Source: Candidatus Kapaibacterium sp. (GTDB lineage Bacteria > Bacteroidota > Ignavibacteria > Kapaibacteriales > UBA4661). From it: a DNA stretch of 63,354 nt. The DNA is taken from assembly GCA_025358765.1 (NCBI GenBank), contig JANYIG010000093.1:1-63354 (forward strand), in the 5' to 3' direction. Under the pieces are notes generated by a model. The model was not told where the DNA came from, ran no database searches, and was given only the letters and a program-made list of their open reading frames with translations. Within the stretch, counting starts at the first letter, position 1. The number at the start of each line of letters is the position of its first letter. Of this stretch, positions 19,808 through 28,683 are shown piece after piece. The position numbers and the translations under genes were made by a program.

Positions 19808-20746
19808 ATGAATGCTCAATTTGCTCACGACGTGATTGCAGGGTTATCCGCCCGCCCCAAACGCCTTTCGTCCAAGTATTTTTACGACGACGAGGGCAGC
19901 CGTCTCTTTCAAGAAATAATGGGTTTGGAGGAATACTATCTCACTAGTGCGGAATTCGAGATTTTGACCACGCACAAAGCTCGTATTCTTGAGTATAGCG
20001 GCGTGAACAAGCCCTTCGAGTTGATAGAATTTGGTGCTGGTGATGGCTTAAAAACGAAGATTCTTTTGCGATATTTTCTTGAACAACAGGCACAATGCGT
20101 GTACGAGCCGATTGATATTTCCGAAGCCGCATTGAACGGGCTTGCAGCAACGCTGTTGCGCGAAATACCGGCAATAAACGTGCGCCCAATGCACGGCGAA
20201 TATTTCGAGGCGCTAAGGCGCTTAAATGCTGCTTCACAAACAAAAAAAGTGATTCTGTTTTTGGGCAGTAATGTTGGCAATTTCACCCACGATGAAACGC
20301 TTGCTTTCCTCGCGGAAGTCCGTCAGAACATGCGTTCAGGCGATGTGCTTATCATCGGATTTGACCTCAAAAAAGACCCGCAGATTATCCTTCGCGCCTA
20401 CAACGACGCTGGCGGCGTTACCGCACAATTCAACCGCAACCTGCTGCGCCGCATCAATACAGAACTTGATGCCGATTTTGACCTAAACACATTTATTCAT
20501 GCTCCCGTCTATGACCCCGCGCTCGGCGAGGCTCGTAGCTATTTGGTAAGTACGAAACAGCAGATGGTTTCCATTGCTGATGCATCGTTCACGTTCGAGG
20601 CATGGGAGGCAATTCACACCGAAATTTCCCGCAAATACAGCATTCCGTACATCGAAGATTTGGCAAGGCTTGTAGGGTTTTCTGTCTGCGAACACCTCTT
20701 TGATGTCAATCGTTATTTTGTTGACAGCGTTTGGGCAGTCAAGTGA
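19808..20746 (+). CDS. egtD: L-histidine N-alpha-methyltransferase
   Basis: SSKYFYDDEGSRLF, EYYLT, EFGAGDGLKT, FLGSNVGN, AYNDAGGVTAQFN, IHTEISRKY. Confidence 0.94.
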   Translation: MNAQFAHDVIAGLSARPKRLSSKYFYDDEGSRLFQEIMGLEEYYLTSAEFEILTTHKARILEYSGVNKPFELIEFGAGDGLKTKILLRYFLEQQAQCVYEPIDISEAALNGLAATLLREIPAINVRPMHGEYFEALRRLNAASQTKKVILFLGSNVGNFTHDETLAFLAEVRQNMRSGDVLIIGFDLKKDPQIILRAYNDAGGVTAQFNRNLLRRINTELDADFDLNTFIHAPVYDPALGEARSYLVSTKQQMVSIADASFTFEAWEAIHTEISRKYSIPYIEDLARLVGFSVCEHLFDVNRYFVDSVWAVK

Positions 20747-20847
20747 TAATGGTTAATGTTTGAAAAAAGCTCCTAATTGCCGTAATTTGACAATATTGTG
20801 TTGTTGCACACAAACGAATCATTTTTTCACCATCAACTCTTGTTCCC

Positions 20848-21351
20848 ATGCGACTGACCATTTTTTATGCCCTTCTTTGCTTGTGTGGAGCCACTTCTGG
20901 AGCATTTGCCCAGAAACAAGCCACGTCATCATCTTCTTCGTCATTAGCATCTTCCACACTCAAACAGCCTGCGTACCGCGTTGTGACGGCAAGTGAGGCA
21001 AAACTGATGCTCTCGCTTGATACGGCGATGGTGAAATTGGATGTCCGTACGCAAGACGAATTTAACTCGCCCGCAGGACACCTGAAAGATGCTATTCTCA
21101 TCCCTGTGCAAGAATTAGACCGCCGTTGGAAGGAGCTGCTGCCGTACAAAAAACGCCGTATTATGGTTTATTGTTGTATGTGTCCACGTAGTGCCGAGGC
21201 TTCTGAAATCTTGACAAAAAAAGGTTTTACGGTAACCAAGATGGATGGCGGTATTGACGCTTGGAACACCGAAAAATTCCCCGTTATCGTCGAAAAAACC
21301 TCCTCCGGTGGAACCTACGCTCCTGCCTCGTGCAGTACCAAAAAACACTAA
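20848..21351 (+). CDS. Secreted rhodanese-like domain protein
   Basis: Signal peptide; LDVRT--EF...GHLKDA, YC...RS, GGIDAW. Confidence 0.85.
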   Translation: MRLTIFYALLCLCGATSGAFAQKQATSSSSSSLASSTLKQPAYRVVTASEAKLMLSLDTAMVKLDVRTQDEFNSPAGHLKDAILIPVQELDRRWKELLPYKKRRIMVYCCMCPRSAEASEILTKKGFTVTKMDGGIDAWNTEKFPVIVEKTSSGGTYAPASCSTKKH

Positions 21352-21394
21352 TGCAAACCATGGTATGAGCTTGTTTACCATTTTCTCAAGGTTG

Positions 21395-21501
21395 ACCGCA
21401 GAGGCGCAGAGATACGGAGGCAGAGAGGAAAATAATTCCTGCTTTTTTGAGTATTCATTCCGCATAACTTTGATTCTCTGCGCCCTCTGCGCCTCCGCGG
21501 T
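21395..21501. repeat. Inverted-repeat intergenic element ACCGCAGAGGCGCAGAG...CTCTGCGCCTCCGCGGT
   Basis: 17-bp terminal inverted repeats with one mismatch and internal GCAGAG/CTCTGC sub-repeats. Confidence 0.7.
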
Positions 21502-21522
21502 AAAAAACTTTAGACAATTTCT

Positions 21523-22302
21523 ATGACTGATTTTATAGCCCGCATCGGACGGAAGATATTAAATTTTTTGGCGCAAACCGGACAGCTTATGATGCTGCTT
21601 GGCGCAATTATTCGTTATTTGCCGCGTTTGTTCAAGGATAGGCGGCTCGTACTGGAACAAATGTCCATTGTGGGCGCAGAATCTCTGCCGCTTGTGGCAT
21701 TGATTGGCTCTTTCACTGGCGCTATTGCGGCGCTGCAAGCCACGAATATCTTTGCAAAATTTAACCTCGTAGGCATTGCTCGACCGTTTATCGGCGGCTC
21801 AATTGCAACGGTCGTGTTTACGGAACTTACGCCCGTTCTCACAGCACTCGTGATTGCAGGGCGCGTGGGCGGCGCAATGACCGCGCAGATAGGCACAATG
21901 CAGGTTTCCGAGCAGATAGACGCGCTTGAAATGATGGCGATTGACAAAAACCGGTATCTTTCGATGCCGCGCGTGTTTGCGGCGCTAACGATGATGCCCG
22001 TACTCGCTGTATTCTCGAACATTGTTGCTATCGTCGGCGCATATATCCTTACGAACATTAAATTCGGTTTTTCATTCGAGATGTTTTTTGACTCTATTCA
22101 GCGCTTTTTCAGCGTTGCGGAGATTATGACGGGCATTTTCAAATCCGCAGTGTTTGGCGGTGTAACGGCGCTGATAGGCTGTTACGTGGGCTTCGATACG
22201 ACGGGCGGTGCCGAAGGCGTTGGTAACAGCACCGTGCGGTCGTTTACGCTGTCGGCGGCTTCCATTCTACTCTTGGATGCCATTTTGGGGGCGATTTTGT
22301 AA
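21523..22302 (+). CDS. mlaE: MlaE family ABC transporter permease
   Basis: ELTPVLTALVIAGRVG, GTMQVSEQIDALEMM, GGAEGVG-ST. Confidence 0.92.
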   Translation: MTDFIARIGRKILNFLAQTGQLMMLLGAIIRYLPRLFKDRRLVLEQMSIVGAESLPLVALIGSFTGAIAALQATNIFAKFNLVGIARPFIGGSIATVVFTELTPVLTALVIAGRVGGAMTAQIGTMQVSEQIDALEMMAIDKNRYLSMPRVFAALTMMPVLAVFSNIVAIVGAYILTNIKFGFSFEMFFDSIQRFFSVAEIMTGIFKSAVFGGVTALIGCYVGFDTTGGAEGVGNSTVRSFTLSAASILLLDAILGAIL

Positions 22303-22359
22303 AAAAGACAGACATTCAAATGTAGTCGGTCAGGCTTGTAGTACAAAATCAGTAAGCAG

Positions 22360-22408
22360 AAAAAAAACAGGCGAAACGATTGTGTTCAAAACAATCATTT
22401 CGCCTGTT
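22360..22408 (-). terminator. Terminator between convergent mlaE and rplI
   Basis: AACAGGCGAAA-GATTGT / ACAATC-TTTCGCCTGTT stem; A run on the left gives a T tract on the minus strand. Confidence 0.8.
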
Positions 22409-22433
22409 GAATTTTATCGGATGGGTTAGAGCC

Positions 22434-22880
22434 TTATGCTGCGCTTGTAACCCAGACTTTCACGGTTGCCACCACGTCGTGATGCAACTTGATGTGAACT
22501 TCGTAATTACCGAGTTTTTTAATCGGTTCATCAATCACAATCGTGCGGCGATCGAGTTCGATGCCTTTCACCGAAAGCTCTTGAGCAATCATCTGGTTCG
22601 TGACGCTACCAAAGAGGCGATCGTCCTCGCCTGCTTGCATAGCGAAAGTCAGTTGTAGATCGTTAAGTTTGGATGCTAAAAGTTCCGCTTCGGTTTTGAG
22701 TTTGTCCATGCGGGCTTCATATTGCTTTTTCTCGGATGCGAGAACGCGAAGGGCTTTTGGGGATGCAAAGTACGCAAAACCGCGTGGAATCAAGAAGTTA
22801 CGCGCATAGCCGTCTTTAACGTTCACCAATTCGCCAACGTTGCCGAGTGTTTCAACGTTTTGTCGAAGAATGATTTTCAT
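22434..22880 (-). CDS. rplI: 50S ribosomal protein L9
   Basis: MKIIL, VKDGYARNFLIP, LFGSVT, IKKLG. Confidence 0.98.
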   Translation of the reverse strand: MKIILRQNVETLGNVGELVNVKDGYARNFLIPRGFAYFASPKALRVLASEKKQYEARMDKLKTEAELLASKLNDLQLTFAMQAGEDDRLFGSVTNQMIAQELSVKGIELDRRTIVIDEPIKKLGNYEVHIKLHHDVVATVKVWVTSAA

Positions 22881-22942
22881 GGGTAGAGGTCGTTTTTAAG
22901 TTCTACAATATATCAATTTTCAAAAGGTAAGCGAGGCTTGCA

Positions 22943-23401
22943 TTATAGCTCTACTTCTATTTCTTCTGCGAGTTCGGGGGTAATCACTTCTGGAATAATT
23001 TTTGCCGCTGGAGCATCGGCAACCACTTTTGGCGCAGGAACCGTACCCGGCTCAATCATACGCTCCGTGCGGTTCGTAAGGAAGTTGCGGCGAAATTCCA
23101 ATGCTTGCGGCGACATCGTTACCGTCAAATGGCGAATAACGTTTTCTTCAAGCTGAAAGTAACGAGCGAACTGGGGCAGCATTGAAGCAGGCGATTCAAA
23201 GAGTACATAGACATAATAGCCATTGTGCTTTTTTTGGATCGGATATGCAAGGCGGCGGCGACCCCATTTATCGAGGGTGTCAATCGTTCCACCATTGTTT
23301 TTGATAAATTCGGCTGTTGTGTTGATGATACCATCAATGGTAGTATCTTCCAGCGCGGAGTTGACGATAAACGTCGTCTCATACATGCGTCGAGGATTCA
23401 T
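22943..23401 (-). CDS. rpsF: 30S ribosomal protein S6 with acidic C-terminal extension
   Basis: YETTFI, WGRRRLAYPIQK, GYY, VIRHL. Confidence 0.97.
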   Translation of the reverse strand: MNPRRMYETTFIVNSALEDTTIDGIINTTAEFIKNNGGTIDTLDKWGRRRLAYPIQKKHNGYYVYVLFESPASMLPQFARYFQLEENVIRHLTVTMSPQALEFRRNFLTNRTERMIEPGTVPAPKVVADAPAAKIIPEVITPELAEEIEVEL

Positions 23402-23409
23402 AAAACCTG

Positions 23410-23482
23410 ACTCCTATGGATGTTGATTTGTTGAAAACAGCTCTCCAAGTCTCGTGTGAGCAAGTTTTTGGAAAGCAGGAGT
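23410..23482 (-). promoter_or_regulatory. S6:S18-type autoregulatory leader RNA
   Basis: Minus strand ACTCCT-GC-TTTCCAA...TTGGAGA-GC-(loop)-CCA-TAGGAGT: the SD is paired and preceded by a CCR bulge, as in rpsF leaders. Confidence 0.7.
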
Positions 23483-23500
23483 GTTAATTAGTCAAGACTA

Positions 23501-23532
23501 CAAATCTACGAGGATTTTTTGGATTGCACAAA
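23501..23532 (-). promoter_or_regulatory. Bacteroidota-type housekeeping promoter for rpsF (TTTG-N20-TAGATTTG)
   Basis: Matches the -33 TTTG / -7 TAnnTTTG consensus. Confidence 0.65.
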
Positions 23533-23594
23533 TTTTTACTGTTCTACCACGCGGATTAAACGTATTCGCACCCTGAACTTATCCAATATTTACG

Positions 23595-23602
23595 TATATT
23601 TG
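23595..23602 (+). promoter_or_regulatory. -7 element TATATTTG upstream of the aminotransferase
   Basis: TAnnTTTG about 50 bp before the ATG. Confidence 0.5.
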
Positions 23603-23649
23603 TAGCTTGTAAGCCACTTGTCATTTGTCATCTGTCATTTTGTTGTTGT

Positions 23650-24843
23650 ATGAATACGCTTTCCGCACGAGTTTTGTCTGCTAACGAATCAGCGACGCTT
23701 GCCATTTCCGCCAAAGCAAAAGCCATGAAGGCGCAAGGTATCAATGTTGTAGCGTTATCCGCCGGCGAACCGGATTTCGGAACGCCGCAAGTGGTCAAAG
23801 ATGCTGCCATTCAAGCCATTCACGATAATTTTACGTACTACACCGACAGCAACGGGATTCCCGAACTTCGCACGGCAATCGCCGAAAAACTCCACCGTGA
23901 AAATGACATTACCGACGCAAAACCAGAAACAGTGCTGGTTTCAACGGGCGGCAAACAATCGCTGTTCAATATTCTGATGGCAATGTGCAACGCGGGCGAC
24001 GAAATCCTGCTGGCTGCACCGTACTGGGTGAGTTATCCGGCAATGGTGCAAATTTGTGGCGCAACGCCAGTGATTGTGAATACTACGCTCGAAAATCGCT
24101 ACAAAATGACACCAGATGAGCTTCAGAAGGCACTTACGCCAAAAACAAAATGCGTAATTCTGAATTCACCCTCGAACCCAACGGGCGTGATGTACACACC
24201 GGATGAAATCAAGGCTTTGGGGCATGTATTGGCAAAGCACGATTGTTTTATCATCAGCGATGAACTCTACGAAAAAATCTCCTTCGGAACGCCGCATTTC
24301 AGCATTGGTGCTATGCCGGAGCTTGCGGGGCGTGTGATTACCGTGAACGGCATGTCCAAAGCGTATTCCATGACGGGCTGGCGCGTCGGGTACCTGACAG
24401 GTCCGGCAGCGCTTGTGAAGCAAGCCGCGAAGGTACAAGGGCAATCCACCTCGAACGTCAATTCTATCGCCCAGAAAGCCGCACTTGCCGCAATCCTGCA
24501 CACGGCTTCGGATGTGGAGATGATGCGAAAAGAATTTCACCGCCGCCGCGATATGGTGTGCGAGATTATTAGCCACATTCCGGGCGTACGGACACTCACG
24601 CCAGACGGCGCATTCTACCTGTTTGTAGATATCAACGACGCGCTCAAAGCCTCGAAACATCCTGACATCACAACCTCGGTACAATTCTGTGAATTTGCGC
24701 TCGATAAACATCATTTGGCGGGTGTTCCGGGCGAAGCATTTGGCGCAGACGGCTGTGTACGATTTTCGTATGCGGCTGCGGACGAAACGCTAAAAGAAGG
24801 ATTGAAGCGCTTTGCGGCGGCGATTGCGGAGATGACTACATAA
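23650..24843 (+). CDS. PLP-dependent class I/II aminotransferase (aspartate aminotransferase-like)
   Basis: GEPDF, PYWVSY, NSPSNPTG, SDELY, SKAYSMTGWRVG, PDGAFY. Confidence 0.92.
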   Translation: MNTLSARVLSANESATLAISAKAKAMKAQGINVVALSAGEPDFGTPQVVKDAAIQAIHDNFTYYTDSNGIPELRTAIAEKLHRENDITDAKPETVLVSTGGKQSLFNILMAMCNAGDEILLAAPYWVSYPAMVQICGATPVIVNTTLENRYKMTPDELQKALTPKTKCVILNSPSNPTGVMYTPDEIKALGHVLAKHDCFIISDELYEKISFGTPHFSIGAMPELAGRVITVNGMSKAYSMTGWRVGYLTGPAALVKQAAKVQGQSTSNVNSIAQKAALAAILHTASDVEMMRKEFHRRRDMVCEIISHIPGVRTLTPDGAFYLFVDINDALKASKHPDITTSVQFCEFALDKHHLAGVPGEAFGADGCVRFSYAAADETLKEGLKRFAAAIAEMTT

Positions 24844-25042
24844 CATGCCGAGGCGTTCTCTATTTTTCGGTATTAATCGTGACAATGAATCCGATAGATT
24901 ATAATCCGCCACACTTTCATGCGATGTATGGCGAATTGAAGTGTTATTTGCCATTCAAACGTTGGAAATTCTCGCTGAAGAGCTTCCAGCCAAACAATTG
25001 AGCCTTTGACTACACCAAGCTCAATTTTTTCGTGCTGTTTTT

Positions 25043-26206
25043 ATGAACCGCTTTCTTCTTGCCTTCACCGCTATTCTCTTCCTTGTGGCTGCACCAACGG
25101 CTACGCTCAACGCGCAATGGGCTTTGATGCGTGCCGATGCCGACCAAGCCGTGCGTGTCGGTGTGAAGCACATCTACAATTTAGAATTTGACAGCGCTTC
25201 GGTGGAATTTCAGAAAGTCATTGCCGCGTATCCGAAGCATCCGGCGGGCTATTTCCTTGATGCAATGGTTGATTGGTGGCAAATCGTCACCGACCCACGC
25301 AATAAAAAAACTGATGAACGTTTTCTGATGAAAGTGGATAAGGTCTTAACGGTCTGCGATGCGATGTTGGAGGAAAATCCGAGCGATATTGTAGGATTGT
25401 TCTTTAAAGGTGGTATTATCGGTTTTCGCGGGCGCTACCGGGTAAATCGTGACGAATGGATAAAAGCTGCGTCTGATGGCAAAGATGCACTCGACATTGT
25501 AATGAAGTGTTCGCAAATCGCGCCTGGCAACAAAGATGTGCTGCTCGGAACGGGAATTTATCATTATTTCGCCGAAGCAATTCCAGAGCGGTATTCCATG
25601 GTAAAACCACTTATGTCCTTCATGCCGCCCGGCGATAAGCGTACAGGGATTCAAGAACTCAAGCTCGCCGCCGCGCAAGCCCGTTACGCTTCAACGGAAG
25701 CAAAAGTGACGCTGTTGCAATTATATTATGGCTTCGAGAAAAATTATGTAGAAGCGTTGGCGATTGCCGAACAGCTTGTGCAGGAATATCCGAAAAATTC
25801 CATGTTTAAGGCGTACATGGCTCGTTGTTACGTGTATCTGGGGAATTACGAAAAAATGGAAGCCGCATGGCGCGACATTCTGATCAGCTGTATTGACAAA
25901 AAAACTGGCTACGACTACGTTACCGCCCGCGAGGCGATGTTTTATATTGGCACGGCACTCATGAATCGTGGCAAGTATGACGACGCACTCACTTACCTCT
26001 ACAAATGCGACGAGTTCTGCCGCAAGCTCGACCAGAAGCCATCCGGATGGATGATTATGCTGAACAATCGTGTGGGTAATATCTACGACCTTCAAGGCAA
26101 ACGCGAACTCGCCATTGGGCAGTACAACAAGGTTCTAAGCTGGGATGATTATTTCGATTCTCACAAATATGCCAAGCAGTTCATTCAGAAGCCGTTTGGG
26201 AAATAA
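25043..26206 (+). CDS. Exported tetratricopeptide-repeat protein
   Basis: Signal peptide; repeated helical TPR-like motifs (A---F---I--YP, G--Y---G----A---Y-KVL). Confidence 0.75.
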   Translation: MNRFLLAFTAILFLVAAPTATLNAQWALMRADADQAVRVGVKHIYNLEFDSASVEFQKVIAAYPKHPAGYFLDAMVDWWQIVTDPRNKKTDERFLMKVDKVLTVCDAMLEENPSDIVGLFFKGGIIGFRGRYRVNRDEWIKAASDGKDALDIVMKCSQIAPGNKDVLLGTGIYHYFAEAIPERYSMVKPLMSFMPPGDKRTGIQELKLAAAQARYASTEAKVTLLQLYYGFEKNYVEALAIAEQLVQEYPKNSMFKAYMARCYVYLGNYEKMEAAWRDILISCIDKKTGYDYVTAREAMFYIGTALMNRGKYDDALTYLYKCDEFCRKLDQKPSGWMIMLNNRVGNIYDLQGKRELAIGQYNKVLSWDDYFDSHKYAKQFIQKPFGK

Positions 26207-26233
26207 GGACTCAGTAGCATAAAATCTGATAGC

Positions 26234-27847
26234 TTACCGCTCTAACGATTTTAGCAACGACGCACGATTTCTTTTATCTGTCGCACGAATAGTGCCTGTG
26301 ATGGGTTTATCGGAATCGCTACGGCGTATAACGAAAAGTTGCGTTGATTCTTGACGGTCATCGTTGAACCGATAATCCCCCAAACGCTCGTTAATAGTGA
26401 CGTTGTTGGCTTTTGTAGCATCGAGCATGACGCGATTTTCCTGCCCATTCGCCTGCCCAAAACAGCGCGTTCGTACCAATAAAATCTTGTTTTCCGGTAT
26501 AATTTCCACAATTTCAGGCGGCGGGAAATCTTCCACCGGAATTGTCACCGTCTCGCCCGCCGAGCGTTGATTGACAAACCGCTCAAATACTAATGCCTTC
26601 CCAACATCGGACTCTTTTGGCGACCATGTAAACGATTCACCTTGCAAACTCGTGGAATAACGCACTCTGCCGCCGTTCTGCGGAGCGTCGGAGATCACGG
26701 CTTTCACTTCTTGGTTTGTTAAAAGCGGCAGTTTAGGGTCGAATTTATACGACATTCCCGGATACATCTTTGCCGGAAACTCTGGAGGCTGTAGCTGCGA
26801 CACGCGAACGGTAAATTGGGCGAATTTTTCTTTGCCATCGGAAGCACGAACGACAGATACGCGGACAGTCATCACATCTTTGCTGGGTGCTATGCCTTGT
26901 ACGCGGAGCGATATGTCCTGAATATCTGTCACGACAGCACTTCCAGGTCTTCCATTGCCTACGGACTGTAATGGAATAACTTGCGGTGGACGCTTGGTCT
27001 CGGTACGAAGGTTAAAATTGCCATAAACCCCAATGACGGTTTCCCATTGCTGCGAGGGTAATACGTCAATAGTAGAGTTTCTCGGTGCAAGCTCGAAGTT
27101 TCCGGGTTCGACGGGACGCATGGTGGAAAACGTTGGATTTCCATTGTTTATTCCATTATTCACGCCGTTGAAGGTTAGGGGAGGATTTCCAACAGTTCCT
27201 ATCGTTGCGGTACTGGTTTGGAGCGTACTGTCATTGAAAGCAAGCTGTGAAGCACTATCAAAAATCACATTTACCGTAAAGCTCGTTCGCGCAGTGTCGA
27301 GCGTGTTGGTTTCGTTGATAAGGCGTTGGAGTTTGTCGCGTAGCACTGGGTCAGTAATGCCCGTAGGAATGAGCAGTCGTGCGGTTGCCACGACCTGAAC
27401 GTTGAACATCTTATTACGTCGTGTTCCCAAATCCGGTTTCCACGAAAAGAGTGCCGTTCCAAGCCGCGAATCTTCTTGTACGTTAAAACTCCCAACGGAG
27501 CCTTTTTTTGCAGAAACGGAAATAACGTTTCGGAGCGATAAATCCTCAATCTGAAATTCGTAGTGAATATCCGTCACGTCGCCATTTGAAAAAATGGTAT
27601 TCAGCGAATCAAGAGCGACGATCTGCGGCGAACCACCGATGGTAACAAGCTGACATGTGAGCGACGTTCGTTCTGGTTGAATAAAAAACCGAGATTTCAT
27701 CAACTCCCGTGCGAGTGACGGATCGGTAGTGGGTGCTTTTTCGCGTTTGTTGGGCAAAAGCAAGAGCAGAGCGGCAAGATAGAGGATAAAATACACCTCA
27801 ATTTGCCGACGGGGGCGACGAGTGGATGATTTGCTGGAACTCTTCAT
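26234..27847 (-). CDS. Single-pass membrane protein with a large beta-rich periplasmic region; possible divergent GldM/PorM
   Basis: Short basic N-terminus, PRRQIEVYFILYLAALLLLLP transmembrane helix, 537 aa; 4-bp overlap with the upstream gene. Confidence 0.5.
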   Translation of the reverse strand: MKSSSKSSTRRPRRQIEVYFILYLAALLLLLPNKREKAPTTDPSLARELMKSRFFIQPERTSLTCQLVTIGGSPQIVALDSLNTIFSNGDVTDIHYEFQIEDLSLRNVISVSAKKGSVGSFNVQEDSRLGTALFSWKPDLGTRRNKMFNVQVVATARLLIPTGITDPVLRDKLQRLINETNTLDTARTSFTVNVIFDSASQLAFNDSTLQTSTATIGTVGNPPLTFNGVNNGINNGNPTFSTMRPVEPGNFELAPRNSTIDVLPSQQWETVIGVYGNFNLRTETKRPPQVIPLQSVGNGRPGSAVVTDIQDISLRVQGIAPSKDVMTVRVSVVRASDGKEKFAQFTVRVSQLQPPEFPAKMYPGMSYKFDPKLPLLTNQEVKAVISDAPQNGGRVRYSTSLQGESFTWSPKESDVGKALVFERFVNQRSAGETVTIPVEDFPPPEIVEIIPENKILLVRTRCFGQANGQENRVMLDATKANNVTINERLGDYRFNDDRQESTQLFVIRRSDSDKPITGTIRATDKRNRASLLKSLER

Positions 27848-28647
27848 CGTTGGCGGTTGATGTCCATCCGATTTGCCAGAATACTCTCTACTTCAATGCG
27901 GACAGCACGTTCGATTTCCTCGCGGTGCAACGACGCAGCAGACGCAGTGAACGATTGTACTGACGCATTAAACTGTTGCAACGCACGATTGGTTTCGGTG
28001 ATGGTACTTACAAATGCTGGTTGCGGCGATACAGCAAGCGCTGTTAGCCCCGTTAATTCTTTGATAGAATTGATAAGTTCATCTTGGCGACCTATCAATC
28101 CTGTGAGCGCATCTGCGATGTTGTCTAATTTATCCGCCATTGCCGCATAATCACTACTTATTTCGCCCACTTCGCCAATCAACTCCTGAATCTCACTTGG
28201 TTTTTCGTCTTCCGGCGCTTGCTCCATCTCAATGTCATCTGCTGGCGAGAAGAACATTACCACAAACAGCAGCACCAGCAAAAATGCCTCAAAACCAACA
28301 CTGGCAATCGCTATACGGCTGTCCACCACATCGGTGAAACGGTATGCGGCAATAACGAGTAGCAGCATAGCCGCACCAAGATAAACCAACGAATTCATTA
28401 CCGGAAAGTAGAACCGATTGATGATTTCCCGCATCCAAAGCGACGTTCCAGCAAACACACCAAGCGCGTGGAGGACGGTTACTTGAAATTTGCTATAGCG
28501 GTAAATCTCGCGGTCAAAGGTACAAAGCCGCCAGCACGTGAGCAATGCCGTGAAACCGCTGACTTGTTTTTCGTAGCGGAGTTCGCGGAACACGTCGCGC
28601 AACAAAGCGCGTCCGCGAGCGGTGGAGAGGGTTTGAATATGCTCCAT
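27844..28647 (-). CDS. Membrane protein with C-terminal coiled coil; possible divergent GldL/PorL
   Basis: MNSLVYLGAAMLLLVIAAYRF and IASVGFEAFLLVLLF helical hairpin with an intramembrane Glu; helical cytoplasmic tail. Confidence 0.5.
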   Translation of the reverse strand: MEHIQTLSTARGRALLRDVFRELRYEKQVSGFTALLTCWRLCTFDREIYRYSKFQVTVLHALGVFAGTSLWMREIINRFYFPVMNSLVYLGAAMLLLVIAAYRFTDVVDSRIAIASVGFEAFLLVLLFVVMFFSPADDIEMEQAPEDEKPSEIQELIGEVGEISSDYAAMADKLDNIADALTGLIGRQDELINSIKELTGLTALAVSPQPAFVSTITETNRALQQFNASVQSFTASAASLHREEIERAVRIEVESILANRMDINRQR

Positions 28648-28683
28648 TACGTCCTAAATTACATCCTAAATTTACGTCCTGAG
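28647..28683. repeat. Three approximately 12-bp tandem repeats spanning the DnaJ stop and the next start
   Basis: TTACGTCCTAAA TTACATCCTAAA T TTACGTCCTGAG. Confidence 0.7.
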
